A DNA stretch of 64,000 nt from Eledone cirrhosa (taxonomy: Eukaryota), in assembly GCA_964016885.1 (NCBI GenBank), contig OZ024760.1:27776001-27840000 (forward strand), given 5' to 3'. Position 1 is the stretch's first letter; every line of letters begins with the position of its first letter. The translations under genes and the position numbers were made by a program. Positions 1 to 13,159 of the stretch are shown here, one piece after another. The notes beneath the pieces are model-generated. The model was given only the letters and a program-made list of their open reading frames with translations. It ran no database searches and was not told the DNA's origin.

Positions 1-54
1 CAGTAATGCACTGGGTAATTGCTGGCCTTGTGCCTAAAGTAGAAACAATTATTT

Positions 55-101
<47 letters not shown>

Positions 102-350
102 CGTCATCATCATCATCATCATCATCACTGTTTTACGTCCATTCTTCCACGCTAGCATGGGTTAGACGGGCTGACTTGTTGCGGGCAATGCCAGGTCAGG
201 TGACCTTGTCTTGCTCATACGGTAGACATAGATGCAATTTAATTCAAGCACTCAGTATCAAAATAAGAATGGCGGAATATATTTAGAAGAAAATATAAAT
301 ATCTGGTCCCTGGCAGTGTTGTAGATGTTAAAGAGTTCAATTTTAATAAA

Positions 351-423
351 GCTCTGATACATATTTCAATGACAATCTCGGTCACTTGATTATTTAACCA
401 TTTACGTGATCTCATCAGACAGC
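351..423 (-). ncRNA. Type I hammerhead ribozyme-like motif
   Basis: Minus strand: GCTGT-CTGATGA-(stem II)-GAAAT-ATGT-ATC-AGAGC; stem I GCTGT/AGAGC has one mismatch; AUC cleavage triplet. Confidence 0.55.
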
Positions 424-801
424 AACATTAGGTAAAAGGTTAGGTTACCGTGGCAGTCCAGGATGCAAAGGAATCGACAAAATATTATGTTTTTGCATTC
501 GCAACAAAAACAAAATGCTAAATCATTATGAGATGTTAAAAGGGTTAAAAGGGTTTCTGATTTAGGCACAAGCCCAACAATTTTGGGCGAGGAGAGTCGA
601 TTCAATCGACCCCCAGTGAATTACTGGTACTTTATTTTATCCACCTTGTAAGGATGAAAAGCAAAACTAACCTTGGCAGGATCTGAATTGAAAACATAAA
701 GGGCTGTAACTCTATGCCACAAAGTATGTTGTCCGACTACTACCAATTCCTCAACAATGGTCTGTATGTGTAATTTCCACGTATTCTCTTTCTTATCCCA
801 G

Positions 802-932
802 ATGATGTGTGCACTGTTGTGGATAGAATCCCTCCGTTTACTAACATAGTACCAGACAACCCAAATGATTTGGCCAGCGCATTCATTTTTTCAACCAAAG
901 AATTACTTCGGCTAACTGATGATGCCAAATGC
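802..932 (+). CDS. Host gene exon 1 of 18 in window (gene begins upstream); uncharacterised protein with tandem ependymin/LolA-like repeats
   Basis: ttatcccAG acceptor, GTAAGT donor; phase 1 to 0; (D)DVCTVVDRIPPFTNIVPDNPNDLASAFIFSTKELLRLTDDAKC; joins exon 2 in frame. Confidence 0.8.
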
Positions 933-999
933 GTAAGTAGAAATAGTAGCAGCTATTGCTACATCATTCATGCCAAATTATAGATGAATCACCCTACAT

Positions 1000-1095
<96 letters not shown>

Positions 1096-1620
1096 ATTAG
1101 AACCCTGTAACCATTAAGCTCTAAGTATAAAGTACAAATAAATACTGAGCCGATTAACAATATATAGTAAGAAACACAGTAAACCGTGTGTCTTGTAATT
1201 TTAGACACACGGTTTACTGTGTTTCTTACTATATATTGTATATATATATATATATATAACGAAGGAAATGTGGTAAGGAACCAGGTGGACCATAACGCAC
1301 CAAAGTACTCAATACTTAGGGTAGTAGAGTGGGTAATAGGAATAAGTCTTACTTGTTCCTATATCATCATCATCATCATCATCATCATCAACGTTTAACG
1401 TCCGTGTTCCACGCTTGCATGGGTTTGGACGGGGGTTTTCCCACTTGAGGCAAGAGTGATTATCTTGCTCACATAGGACTGTCTGGCGGGTTTTCTACAG
1501 CTGGATGCCCTTCCTAACACCAACCACATTTACAGTGTGGGGCTGGGAGGTTTTTACCATGTTGCCTACACGGCCACATTACAGCGTGGACTATATATAT
1601 ATAATAAATATATAGAATAA

Positions 1621-1693
1621 ATTCTTTCTGATGATTGAAGGCAGATGTAAATTTCAAGCTCGTCTGTCTTCATGAAACCTTTGGTAAATGAAT
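1621..1693 (+). ncRNA. Type I hammerhead ribozyme motif
   Basis: ATTCTTT-CTGATGA(1628-1634); 12-bp stem II TGAAGGCAGATG/CGTCTGTCTTCA; GAAAC-CTTTG-GTA(1684-1686)-AATGAAT; lies between two (TA)n tracts. Confidence 0.75.
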
Positions 1694-1870
1694 TAATTAT
1701 CTTATGTTGTTTAATGTATAACTATATATATATATAAAAACAATAAGTTTTATGGTTAACTGAGCTGATTTTATAACAGACATGAAGCACTCTACTCTAC
1801 AGTATTTATCTGGAGTATTATTAATGTTAACAATATTAATAAATGGAAAGTATCTATATAATACCATATT

Positions 1871-1930
1871 TATTTTATTATAAGTATTTCAAGGATACTA
1901 AATTTTAGTGTGCTTTCATCAGATAAAATA
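1871..1930 (-). ncRNA. Type I hammerhead motif (left arm of palindrome 1826-2140)
   Basis: Minus strand: TATTTTAT-CTGATGA-AAG..ACTAAA/TTTAGT..CTT-GAAAT-ACTT-ATA-ATAAAATA; perfect 8-bp stem I. Confidence 0.7.
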
Positions 1931-2024
1931 TAATATTTGGTGTTAAAATATTGACATACCTTAGTGTAAACTTATACTAGTAAGCTTACACTAAGGTATG
2001 TCAATATTTTAACACCAAATATTA

Positions 2025-2098
2025 TATTTTATCTGATGAAAGCATACTAAAATTTTGTGTCCTTGAAATATGTATAATAAATATGTATAATAAAATAA
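2025..2098 (+). ncRNA. Type I hammerhead motif (right arm of palindrome 1826-2140)
   Basis: CTGATGA 2033-2039, GAAAT 2065-2069, ATGT loop, ATA 2074-2076; mirror copy of 1871-1930 with a small tandem duplication. Confidence 0.65.
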
Positions 2099-2196
2099 AT
2101 ATGGTATTATAAATATACTTTCCATTTACTAATATTGTTAATATATATATTTATATACATATATATATATAAATACATATATATATATAAATATAA

Positions 2197-2266
<70 letters not shown>

Positions 2267-2268
<2 letters not shown>

Positions 2269-2627
2269 TCATCATCATTATCATTTTACGTCCGCTTTTC
2301 CCTGCTTGCAAGGGTGGGACGGGTCCTATTCAGCACAGCATCTCTCAACTTGTCACGGTCCTTCGTCAACTCCTCGGTGAGTTTCAGCGATCTGAGGTCT
2401 GCTCTCACCACCTCCGCCCATGTTTTTCTTGGTCTTCCTCTATTACGTCTTCCTTCAACTGGGATTTCTTAGCACTTCTTTACCCATCGGTCATCCTCCA
2501 TGTGCATCACATGTCCATACCACCGCAGTCTCCTCTCCCGTACACTACAATTTATCCCTCTTAAACACAGTTTCTCTCTCAACACATCCATACTTGGGCG
2601 TTGATGCACATTGACATTGCACGTCCA
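2267..2627 (-). mobile_element. RTE LINE 3' fragment
   Basis: Homologous to 22022-22370; (CAT)n tail. Other copies at about 13818-14110 (+), 47198-47500 (+), 60452-60940 (+). Confidence 0.88.
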
Positions 2628-2813
2628 AATTTAAGCAAAGAATCGCTGCTTTCACCCTTAATACGATCTTTTAAGCCCCTGAGGGAACTTTCTAGGTGCA
2701 AATCTCATGGCCATTCGTAACTGAAGGGGGTCTTTACACTTTACCCTTTTTTATCTATATACACACAAATAGATATATATATGTATACAGATATAGTCCT
2801 CTCTATCTTGCAG

Positions 2814-2925
2814 GTGAGTTGGTCAAACACAACTATAAGAGGCATTGAAGCCATACACAACCATAAGGAGATTGACCTGCAAGCTGATAAATTTAGCAAT
2901 TTTACGGCAGATTTGTACTTCACAA
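2814..2925 (+). CDS. Host gene exon 2
   Basis: tcttgcAG / GTATGT; phase 0 to 1; VSWSNTTIRGIEAIHNHKEIDLQADKFSNFTADLYFT; the IRGI and LYF motifs recur in exons 7 and 17. Confidence 0.85.
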
Positions 2926-3485
2926 GTATGTCATTTCAAATTTCTGTTTTTAAATTAAAACTCCTCTAACCTTTACTTTTGTTGTCATCCCTTTCCAGGA
3001 ACAAACCCTTCAAAGCATTTTAATCCTATGCTGTAAAGGGTTATGATGAACTGCACCCAGTTTACTCGGTAAAGGAAAGAAAGAATAGGGAAATATAGAA
3101 AAAGAAAAGAAAGAAAGAAGAAAAAAACAGGAAAGATGGCAAGATCTTTGGTGTCGCAGAAGAGAGGGGGGTGGGGGTGATTGGGCTTTGGGTCTAGGGC
3201 AAGGGGCAAGGGGTTGTTTGTTAGGAAAGGTAGGTACCAGGGATTCAAAAGCATGTGACAACCACCCTAGAGCTTCTTTTTCTCCTCCTCCTCCTTCTCC
3301 TCCTCCGTCTTCTTCTTCTTCTTCTTCTTCTTCTTCTTCTTCTTCTTCTTCTTCTTCTTCTCCTCCCCCCCTCCTCCTCCACCACATCTACAAATGCTAG
3401 ATACTCTTTTGTGAGATCCGGAACCTTCAAGCCTCTCACAACACAGCACATGTGCAAACCTTATCTTTCCTGCTTTTCCCCCTCT

Positions 3486-6400
3486 TCTAGATATACTGGC
3501 CCTCCTAGATATACTGGCCCTTCTTCTAGATATACTGGCCCCTCCTCCTAGATATACTGGCCCTCCTCCTAGATATACTGGCCCTCCTCCTAGATATACT
3601 GGCCCTCCTCCTAGATATACTGGCCCTCCTCCTAGATATACTGGCCCTCCTTCTAGATATACTGGCCCTCCTCCTAGATATACTGGCCCTCCTCCTAGAT
3701 ATACTGGCCCTCCTTCTAGATATACTGGCCCTCCTCCTAGATATACTGGCCCTCCTCCTAGATATACTGCCCCTCCTTTTAGGTATACTGTCCCTCCTCC
3801 TAGATATACTGGCCCTCCTCCTAGATATACTGCCCCTCCTCCTAGATATACTGGCCCTCCTCCTAGATATACTGGCCCTCCTCCTAGATATACTGGCCCT
3901 TCTCCTAGATATACTGGCCCTCCTCCTAGATATACTGGCCCTTCTCCTAGATATACTGGCCCTTCTCCTAGATATACTGCCCCTCCTTCTAGATATACTG
4001 GCCCTCCTCCTAGATATACTGGCCCTTCTCCTAGATATACTGGCCCTTCTCCTAGATATACTGCCCCTCCTCCTAGATATACTGGCCCTTCTAGATATAC
4101 TGGCCCTCCTTCTAGATATACTGGCCCTTCTCCTAGATATACTGGCCCTCCATCTAGATATACTGGCCCTTCTCCTAGATATACTGGCCCTTCTCCTAGA
4201 TATACTGGCCCTTCTCCTAGATATACTGTCCCTCCTCCTAGATATACTGCCCCTCCTTCTAGGTATACTGTCCCTCCTCCTAGATATACTGCCCCTCCTC
4301 CTAGATATACTGGCCCTCCTCCTAGATATACTGGCCCTTCTCCTAGATATACTGGCCCTCCTCCTAGATATACTGGCCCTCCTCCTAGATATACTGGCCC
4401 TTCTCCTAGATATACTGGCCCTCCTCCTAGATATACTGGCCCTTCTCCTAGATATACTGTCCCTCCTTCTAGGTATACTGGCCCTCCTCCTAGATATACT
4501 GTCCCTCCTCCTAGATATACTGGCCCTTCTCCTAGATATACTGTCCCTCCTTCTAGATATACTGCCCCTCCTCCTAGATATACTGTCCCTCCTCCTAGAT
4601 ATACTGGCCCTTCTCCTAGATATACTGGCCCTCCTCCTAGATATACTGACCATTCTAGATATACTGACCCTTCTAGATATACTGCCCCTGCTTCTAGGTA
4701 TACTGTCCCTCCTCCTAGATATACTGGCCCTTCTCCTAGATATACTGCCCCTCCTTCTAGGTATACTGTCCCTCCTCCTAGATATACTGGCCCTTCTCCT
4801 AGATATACTGCCCCTCCTTCTAGGTATACTGTCCCTCCTCCTAGATATACTGTCCCTCCTCCTAGATATACTGCCCCTCCTCCTAGATATACTGTCCCTC
4901 CTTCTAGATATACTGTCCCTCCTCCTAGATATACTGCCCCTCCTCCTAGATATACTGCCCCTCCTCCTAGATATACTGGCCCTTCTCCTAGATATACTGT
5001 CCCTCCTCCTAGATATACTGCCCCTCCTTCTAGGTATACTGTCCCTCCTCCTAGATATACTGGCCCTCCTCCTAGATATACTGGCCCTTCTAGATATACT
5101 GTCCCTCCTCCTAGATATACTGTCCCTCCTCCTAGATATACTGGCCCTCCTCCTAGATATACTGGCCCTCCTCCTAGATATACTGCCCCTCCTCCTAGAT
5201 ATACTGGCCCTCCTCCTAGATATACTGGCCCTCCTCCTAGATATACTGGCCCTCCTCCTAGATATACTGGCCCTCCTCCTAGATATACTGGCCCTTCTCC
5301 TAGATATACTGCCCCTCCTTCTAGGTATACTGTCCCTCCTCCTAGATATACTGGCCCTTCTCCTAGATATACTGCCCCTCCTTCTAGGTATACTGTCCCT
5401 CCTCCTAGATATACTGGCCCTTCTAGATATACTGTCCCTCCTCCTAGATATACTGTCCCTCCTCCTAGATATACTGGCCCTCCTCCTAGATATACTGCCC
5501 CTCCTCCTAGATATACTGGCCCTTCTCCTAGATATACTGGCCCTTCTCCTAGATATACTGGCCCTTCTCCTAGATATACTGCCCCTCCTCCTAGATATAC
5601 TGCCCCTCCTTCTAGGTATACTGTCCCTCCTCCTAGATATACTGCCCCTCCTTCTAGGTATACTGCCCCTCCTCCTAGATATACTGTCCCTCCATCTAGG
5701 TATACTGCCCCTCCTTCTAGATATACTGCCCCTCCTTCTAGATATACTGTCCCTCCTCCTAGATATACTGGCCCTTCTCCTAGATATACTGCCCCTCCAT
5801 CTAGATATACTGCCCCTCCTCCTAGATATACTGGCCCTCCTCCTAGATATACTGCCCCTTCTCCTAGATATACTGGCCCTTCTCCTAGATATACTGCCCC
5901 TCCTCCTAGATATACTGCCCCTCCTTCTAGGTATACTGTCCCTCCTCCTAGATATACTGCCCCTCCTTCTAGGTATACTGCCCCTCCTCCTAGATATACT
6001 GTCCCTCCATCTAGGTATACTGCCCCTCCTTCTAGATATACTGCCCCTCCTTCTAGATATACTGTCCCTCCTCCTAGATATACTGGCCCTTCTCCTAGAT
6101 ATACTGGCCCTTCTCCTAGATATACTGCCCCTCCTCCTAGATATACTGGCCCTCCTCCTAGATATACTGGCCCTTCTCCTAGATATACTGGCCCTCCTCC
6201 TAGATATACTGCCCCTTCTCCTAGATATACTGGCCCTTCTCCTAGATATACTGCCCCTCCTCCTAGATATACTGCCCCTTCTCCTAGATATACTGGCCCT
6301 CCTCCTAGATATACTGCCCCTCCTCCTAGATATACTGGCCCTTCTCCTAGATATACTGCCCCTCCATCTAGATATACTGCCCCTCCTCCTAGATATACTG

Positions 6401-9400
6401 GCCCTCCTCCTAGATATACTGCCCCTTCTCCTAGATATACTGGCCCTTCTCCTAGATATACTGCCCCTCCTTCTAGGTATACTGTCCCTCCTCCTAGATA
6501 TACTGGCCCTCCTCCTAGATATACTGCCCCTTCTCCTAGATATACTGGCCCTTCTCCTAGATATACTGCCCCTCCTTCTAGGTATACTGTCCCTCCTCCT
6601 AGATATACTGGCCCTCCTCCTAGATATACTGCCCCTCCTCCTAGATATACTGGCCCTCCTCCTAGATATACTGCCCCTTCTCCTAGATATACTGGCCCTT
6701 CTCCTAGATATACTGGCCCTCCTCCTAGATATACTGGCCCTTCTCCTAGATATACTGGCCCTTCTCCTAGATATACTGGCCCTCCTCCTAGATATACTGG
6801 CCCTTCTCCTAGATATACTGGCCCTTCTCCTAGATATACTGGCCCTCCTCCTAGATATACTGGCCCTTCTCCTAGATATACTGGCCCTTCTCCTAGATAT
6901 ACTGGCCCTTCTCCTAGATATACTGCCCCTCCTCCTAGATATACTGTCCCTCCTCCTAGATATACTGGCCCTTCTCCTAGATATACTGGCCCTCCTCCTA
7001 GATATACTGGCCCTTCTCCTAGATATACTGACCATTCTCCTAGATATACTGTCCCTCCTCCTAGATATACTGGCCCTTCTCCTAGATATACTGGCCCTTC
7101 TCCTAGATATACTGACCATTCTCCTAGATATACTGGCCCTCCTCCTAGATATACTGGCCCTTCTCCTAGATATACTGACCATTCTCCTAGATATACTGGC
7201 CCTCCTTCTAGGTATACTGTCCCTCCTCCTAGATATACTGCCCCTCCTCCTAGATATACTGTCCCTCCTCCTAGATATACTGCCCCTCCTCCTAGATATA
7301 CTGGCCCTTCTCCTAGATATACTGTCCCTCCTCCTAGATATACTGCCCCTCCTCCTAGATATACTGCCCCTCCTCCTAGATATACTGCCCCTTCTCCTAG
7401 ATATACTGCCCCTCCTTCTAGGTATACTGGCCCTTCTCCTAGATATACTGGCCCTCCTTCTAGATATACTGGCCCTTCTCCTAGATATACTGCCCCTTCT
7501 CCTAGATATACTGCCCCTCCTCCTAGATATACTGCCCCTTCTCCTAGATATACTGGCCCTTCTCCTAGATATACTGGCCCTCCTTCTAGATATACTGGCC
7601 CTCCTCCTAGATATACTGGCCCTCCTTCTAGATATACTGTCCCTTCTCCTAGATATACTGGCCCTTCTCCTAGATATACTGGCCCTCCTTCTAGATATAC
7701 TGCCCCTTCTCCTAGATATACTGGCCCTTCTCCTAGATATACTGGCCCTCCTTCTAGATATACTGCCCCTTCTCCTAGATATACTGGCCCTCCTTCTAGA
7801 TATAGTGCCCCTTCTCCTAGATATACTGGCCCTCCTTCTAGATATACTGCCCCTTCTCCTAGATATACTGGCCCTTCTCCTAGATATACTGGCCCTCCTT
7901 CTAGATATACTGCCCCTTCTCCTAGATATACTGGCCCTTCTCCTAGATATACTGGCCCTCCTTCTAGATATACTGCCCCTTCTCCTAGATATACTGGCCC
8001 TCCTTCTAGATATACTGGCCCTTCTCCTAGATATACTGGCCCTCCTTCTAGATATACTGCCCCTTCTCCTAGATATACTGGCCCTCCTCCTAGATATACT
8101 GGCCCTCCTTCTAGATATACTGTCCCTTCTCCTAGATATACTGCCCCTCCTCCTAGATATACTGGCCCTCCTCCTAGATATACTGGCCCTCCTCCTAGAT
8201 ATACTGTCCCTCCTCCTAGATATACTGCCCCTCCTTTTAGGTATACTGCCCCTTCTCCTAGATATACTGGCCCTCCTCCTAGATATACTGCCCCTTCTCC
8301 TAGATATACTGGCCCTCCTCCTAGATATACTGGCCCTCCTTCTAGATATACTGCCCCTTCTCCTAGATATACTGGCCCTCCTCCTAGATATACTGCCCCT
8401 CCATCTAGATATACTGCCCCTTCTCCTAGATATACTGGCCCTCCTCCTAGATATACTGCCCCTCCTCCTAGATATACTGGCCCTCCTCCTAGATATACTG
8501 GCCCTCCTCCTAGATATACTGGCCCTCCTTCTAGATATACTGGCCCTCCTCCTAGATATACTGGCCCTCCTCCTAGATATACTGGCCCTCCTCCTAGATA
8601 TACTGCCCCTCCTTCTAGGTATACTGCCCCTCCTCCTAGATATACTGCCCCTTCTCCTAGATATACTGGCCCTCCTCCTAGATATACTGGCCCTCCTCCT
8701 AGATATACTGGCCCTCCTCCTAGATATACTGGCCCTCCTTCTAGATATACTGCCCCTTCTCCTAGATATACTGGCCCTCCTCCTAGATATACTGCCCCTC
8801 CATCTAGATATACTGGCCCTCCTCCTAGATATACTGGCCCTCCTTCTAGATATACTGACCCTCCATCTAGATATACTGCCCCTTCTCCTAGATATACTGC
8901 CCCTCCTTCTAGGTATACTGCCCCTCCTTCTAGGTATACTGTCCCTCCTCCTAGATATACTGCCCCTCCTTCTAGGTATACTGCCCCTCCTCCTAGATAT
9001 ACTGCCCCTCCTTCTAGGTATACTGTCCCTCCTCCTAGATATACTGCCCCTCCTCCTAGATATACTGCCCCTCCTCCTAGATATACTGCCCCTCCTCCTA
9101 GATATACTGCCCCTCCTTCTAGGTATACTGTCCCTCCTCCTAGATATACTGCCCCTCCTTCTAGGTATACTGTCCCTCCTCCTAGATATACTGCCCCTCC
9201 TTCTAGGTATACTGCCCCTCCTCCTAGATATACTGCCCCTCCTCCTAGATATACTGCCCCTCCTCCTAGATATACTGCCCCTTCTCCTAGATATACTGCC
9301 CCTCCTTCTAGGTATACTGCCCCTCCTTCTAGGTATACTGTCCCTCCTCCTAGATATACTGCCCCTCCTTCTAGGTATACTGTCCCTCCTCCTAGATATA

Positions 9401-10991
9401 CTGCCCCTCCTTCTAGGTATACTGCCCCTCCTCCTAGATATACTGCCCCTCCTTCTAGGTATACTGTCCCTCCTCCTAGATATACTGCCCCTCCTTCTAG
9501 GTATACTGCCCCTCCTCCTAGATATACTGTCCCTCCATCTAGGTATACTGCCCCTCCTTCTAGATATACTGCCCCTCCTTCTAGATATACTGTCCCTCCT
9601 CCTAGATATACTGTCCCTCCATCTAGGTATACTGGCCCTCCTTCTAGATATACTGTCCCTCCTCCTAGATATACTGTCCCTCCATCTAGGTATACTGTCC
9701 CTCCTAGATATACTGCCCCTCCTCCTAGATATACTGTCCCTCCTCCTAGATATACTGGCCCTCCTCCTAGATATACTGGCCCTCCTTCTAGGTATACTAG
9801 CCCTTCTCCTAGATATACTGGCCCTCCTCCTAGATATACTGGCCCTCCTCCTAGATATACTGGCCCTCCTCCTAGATATACTGGCCCTCCTCCTAGATAT
9901 ACTGGCCCTTCTCCTAGATATACTGCCCCTTCTCCTAGATATACTGCCCCTCCTTCTAGATATACTGGCCCTCCTCCTAGATATACTGGCCCTCCTCCTA
10001 GATATACTGCCCCTCCTTCTAGATATACTGCCCCTCCTTCTAGATATACTGGCCCTCCTCCTAGATATACTGGCCCTCCTCCTAGATATACTGGCCCTCC
10101 TCCTAGATATACTGTCCCTCCTTCTAGATATACTGTCCCTCCTTCTAGATATACTGACCCTTCTAGATATATTGGCCCTTCTAGATATACTGCCCCTCCT
10201 TCTAGATATACTGGCCCTCCTTCTAGATATACTGCCCCTCCTTCTAGATATACTGTCCCTCCTTCTAGATATACTGTCCCTCCTTCTAGATATACTGGCC
10301 CTCCTCCTAGATATACTGGCCCTCCTTCTAGATATACTGGCCCTCCTTCTAGATATACTGTCCCTCCATCTAGATATACTGTCCCTCCATCTAGATATAC
10401 TGACCCTTCTAGATATATTGGCCCTTCTAGATATACTGCCCCTCCTTCTAGATATACTAGCCCTCCTCCTAGATTTACTGTCCCTCCTTCTAGATATACT
10501 GTCCCTCCATCTAGATATACTGGCCCTCCTCCTAGATATACTGGCCCTCCTTCTAGATATACTGACCCTTCTAGATATACTAGCCCTCCTTCTAGATATA
10601 CTGTCCCTCCTTCTAGGTATACTGTCCCTCCTTCTAGATATACTGGCCCTCCTTCTAGATATACTAGCCCTCTTTCTAGATATACTGTCCCTCCTTCTAG
10701 ATATACTGCCCCTCCTCCTAGATATACTGGCCCTCCTCCTAGATATACTGTCCCTCCATCTAGATATACTGTCCCTCCTCCTAGATATACTGGCCCTCCT
10801 TCTAGATATACTGTCCCTCCTTCTAGATATACTGGCCATCCTTCTAAATATACTGGCCCTCCTCCTAGATATACTGGCCCTCCTTCTAGATATACTAGCC
10901 CTCCTCCTAGATATACTGGCCCTCCTTCTAGATATACTGACCCTTCTAGATATACTAGCCCTCCTCCTAGATATACTGGCCCTCCTTCTAG
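3486..10991. repeat. 7.5-kb minisatellite, 21-bp unit TAGATATACTGGCCCTCCTCC
   Basis: About 355 units with a few 18-bp variants; source of the 2437-aa and 1066-aa ORFs. Confidence 0.98.
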
Positions 10992-11642
10992 CTATCTGTT
11001 ATTAGTTTCTCTTTCCTCCATTTTCTCTAGGCTCTTTCTTCCTTGCCTTTCCACCAGCATGTCACCCCCTGTCTTGGTAGGACCTTGTTCCAGTGGCTGA
11101 TCTGGCTTTTGGCGTCTGGCTTTTGGCGTCCTGTAGAAATTCCCCAATTTTTCTATCTATCTATCTATCTATCTATATGTCTGTCTTCTTTCTCTCTATC
11201 TAACCCCCTCTCTCTATATATATGTCTCCATCCCCTCCCACACATAGGAGAATATATAAAAAGGAGATCAATATTTATATTTTCATATATTCTCCTATGT
11301 GTAGAGAAAAAATACGTTGTTTTATGTTCTGGTATGTCAAATTGATACCATAGAACAACATCTGTACCATAAACACCCTATATATTTCCAGAGGTACTTA
11401 GTACCTATGGCAATATTGATCTCCTTTTTATATATTCCCCTATGTGTAGAGAAAAAATCCGTTGTTCTACCTAGCCACTAGTTTTAGTGGCGTGATAGAC
11501 AACACATTTATGTTTACTTTCGCTTATACTAAGGGCTAGTTCATGTGTAGGTCAAGTTTACGGCCTCATTCAATCCTGCACTAGCTGGCAGAATGCAATA
11601 TATTTTGCCGTTCGTGGGACTTTCGTTCTATGTAGGGGGAAA

Positions 11643-11724
11643 TGCTTTCTGAAGAACTGAACATTTCCATTGGAAGTCCATAGGACTTCCAATCTTTTGT
11701 GAGGTGAAACCATCGGTAAAAGCA
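11643..11724 (+). ncRNA. Type I hammerhead ribozyme motif
   Basis: Perfect stem I TGCTTT/AAAGCA; CTGAAGA 11649-11655; stem II includes 11-bp ATTGGAAGTCC/GGACTTCCAAT; GAAAC-CATCG-GTA, predicted cut after 11718. Confidence 0.8.
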
Positions 11725-11796
11725 AATGGAATAGGTAAATATTTAAATTATATTTTTTAATTTATTTTAAGGAATTGTTTGAATCTTACTTATTTC

Positions 11797-11836
<40 letters not shown>

Positions 11837-11882
11837 AAATAAAATAAATAAGTCAAATGTTTAAAATTTGGCTTCGTTTATT

Positions 11883-11937
11883 ACTGCTATATATATTTCG
11901 GTGACAGCCATCTTTGGCTGTGACCTCTTCAGGCAGT
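11883..11937 (-). ncRNA. Type I minimal hammerhead ribozyme
   Basis: Minus strand: ACTGC-CTGAAGA-GGTCACAGCCA-AAGA-TGGCTGTCACC-GAAAT-ATAT-ATA-GCAGT; perfect stem I, near-perfect stem II, palindromic stem III loop. Confidence 0.88.
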
Positions 11938-12089
11938 CCGAATTAGTGCGGTAGAGACGAGTACACATGTTGTTGAGGTGTTTAACTTTGTCAATACTCT
12001 GATATGCCCAGTTCCTGGTTGGGTTGTTATTTCACTGAGGAACAGGTGTTGGTATACAACCAACATATACTCAAAATATATATATATAT

Positions 12090-12669
12090 ATCATCATCAT
12101 CATCATCATCATCGTTTAACGTCCATATTCCACACTTGCATGGGTTTGGATGGGAGTTTTCCCACTTGAGGCAAGAGTGGTTGTCTTGCTCGCATAGGAC
12201 TGTCTGGCGTGTTTTCTATGGATGGATGCCCTTCCTAAGACCAACCACATTTACAGTGTGGAACTGGGAGGTTTTTACCGTGTTACCTACACGGCCACAT
12301 TACAGCGTGGACTGTGTGTTTTTTAGTCGTGACACCTACACGATCTCATTTGTTTCGGCCTGGATGTTGTGGCACCAACATAACTTTACGTATTTTGTTA
12401 GAGATACCTACTCTATTACTGAGTACCGCCAAAGATCTCGGTCCAGTGACATTGTCTTGGAGAGGTGTAAGTGTGTGAGGTCGGAATTTATCAAGTTGTC
12501 CCAGATTTTTCTGGGTCTGCCTACTCCGTGGCTCCCTTCTATTTTTATTGCCCTGCACTTTTTTATACAGCTGTCGTCTTTCATGCGCATCACGTGACCA
12601 TACCAACGTAGCCTTCTCTCTAGTAAACAACATCTGATCCCTCTTATTTCTAATTTTTCCCTTAGTTCG

Positions 12670-12670
<1 letters not shown>
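12090..12670 (-). mobile_element. RTE LINE end with extended 3' module
   Basis: [19 protein letters not shown] followed by a ~330-bp module; module-only copies at about 1365-1590 (-), 14768-15130 (+), 15439-15800 (+), 37108-37490 (+), 63760-63940 (+). Confidence 0.8.
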
Positions 12671-12744
<74 letters not shown>

Positions 12745-12804
12745 CATCGAGATTGACCATACGGAATGACCAGTTCTATCCAGTGGTGAACCAACAAACC
12801 TAAA

Positions 12805-12848
<44 letters not shown>

Positions 12849-12885
12849 ATATATTAATAAATGGAAAATATATTTATAAAACATA

Positions 12886-12955
12886 ATTATTTTATATTAT
12901 ATATATTTCAAGGGCAACCAAGGCAAATTATGGTGTGGTTTCATCAGATAAAATA
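12886..12955 (-). ncRNA. Type I hammerhead motif (same family as 1871-1930 and 56617-56682)
   Basis: Minus strand: TATTTTAT-CTGATGA-...-CTT-GAAAT-ATAT-ATA; flanks homologous to 1826-1960. Confidence 0.6.
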
Positions 12956-13159
12956 CAAAATATGTTTTATAAATGTTGACATACCTGTAGAACAACCTTG
13001 GCGTTTGGAGGATCGCTGGAGGTTCAAAATATAGTTTCCATTTATTAATATAATGAATATTTACTCCACTAAACTGTTGAGTGCTTTATATCAGTTATAA
13101 AACTCTTAAGTTTGTTGAATCCCAACAAATTAAATATAACCTTTGCATATATATATATA

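Larger units (their letters stand above)
1826..2140. repeat. About 310-bp imperfect palindrome carrying two mirror hammerheads
   Basis: Arms are reverse-complementary around ~1978 (gacataccttagtgtaa...ttacactaaggtatgtc); (TA)n on the right flank. Confidence 0.9.

Noticed and set aside
915-925. CTGATGA matches in exons 1 and 3, in LINE ORFs, and at about 24802
   Set aside because: No stem II-GAAA-NUH-stem I arrangement around them; chance heptamers
3526-11005. 2437-aa Arg/Ser-rich and 1066-aa Leu-rich ORFs as genes
   Set aside because: Pure translations of a 21-bp tandem repeat inside an intron, with no unique coding flanks
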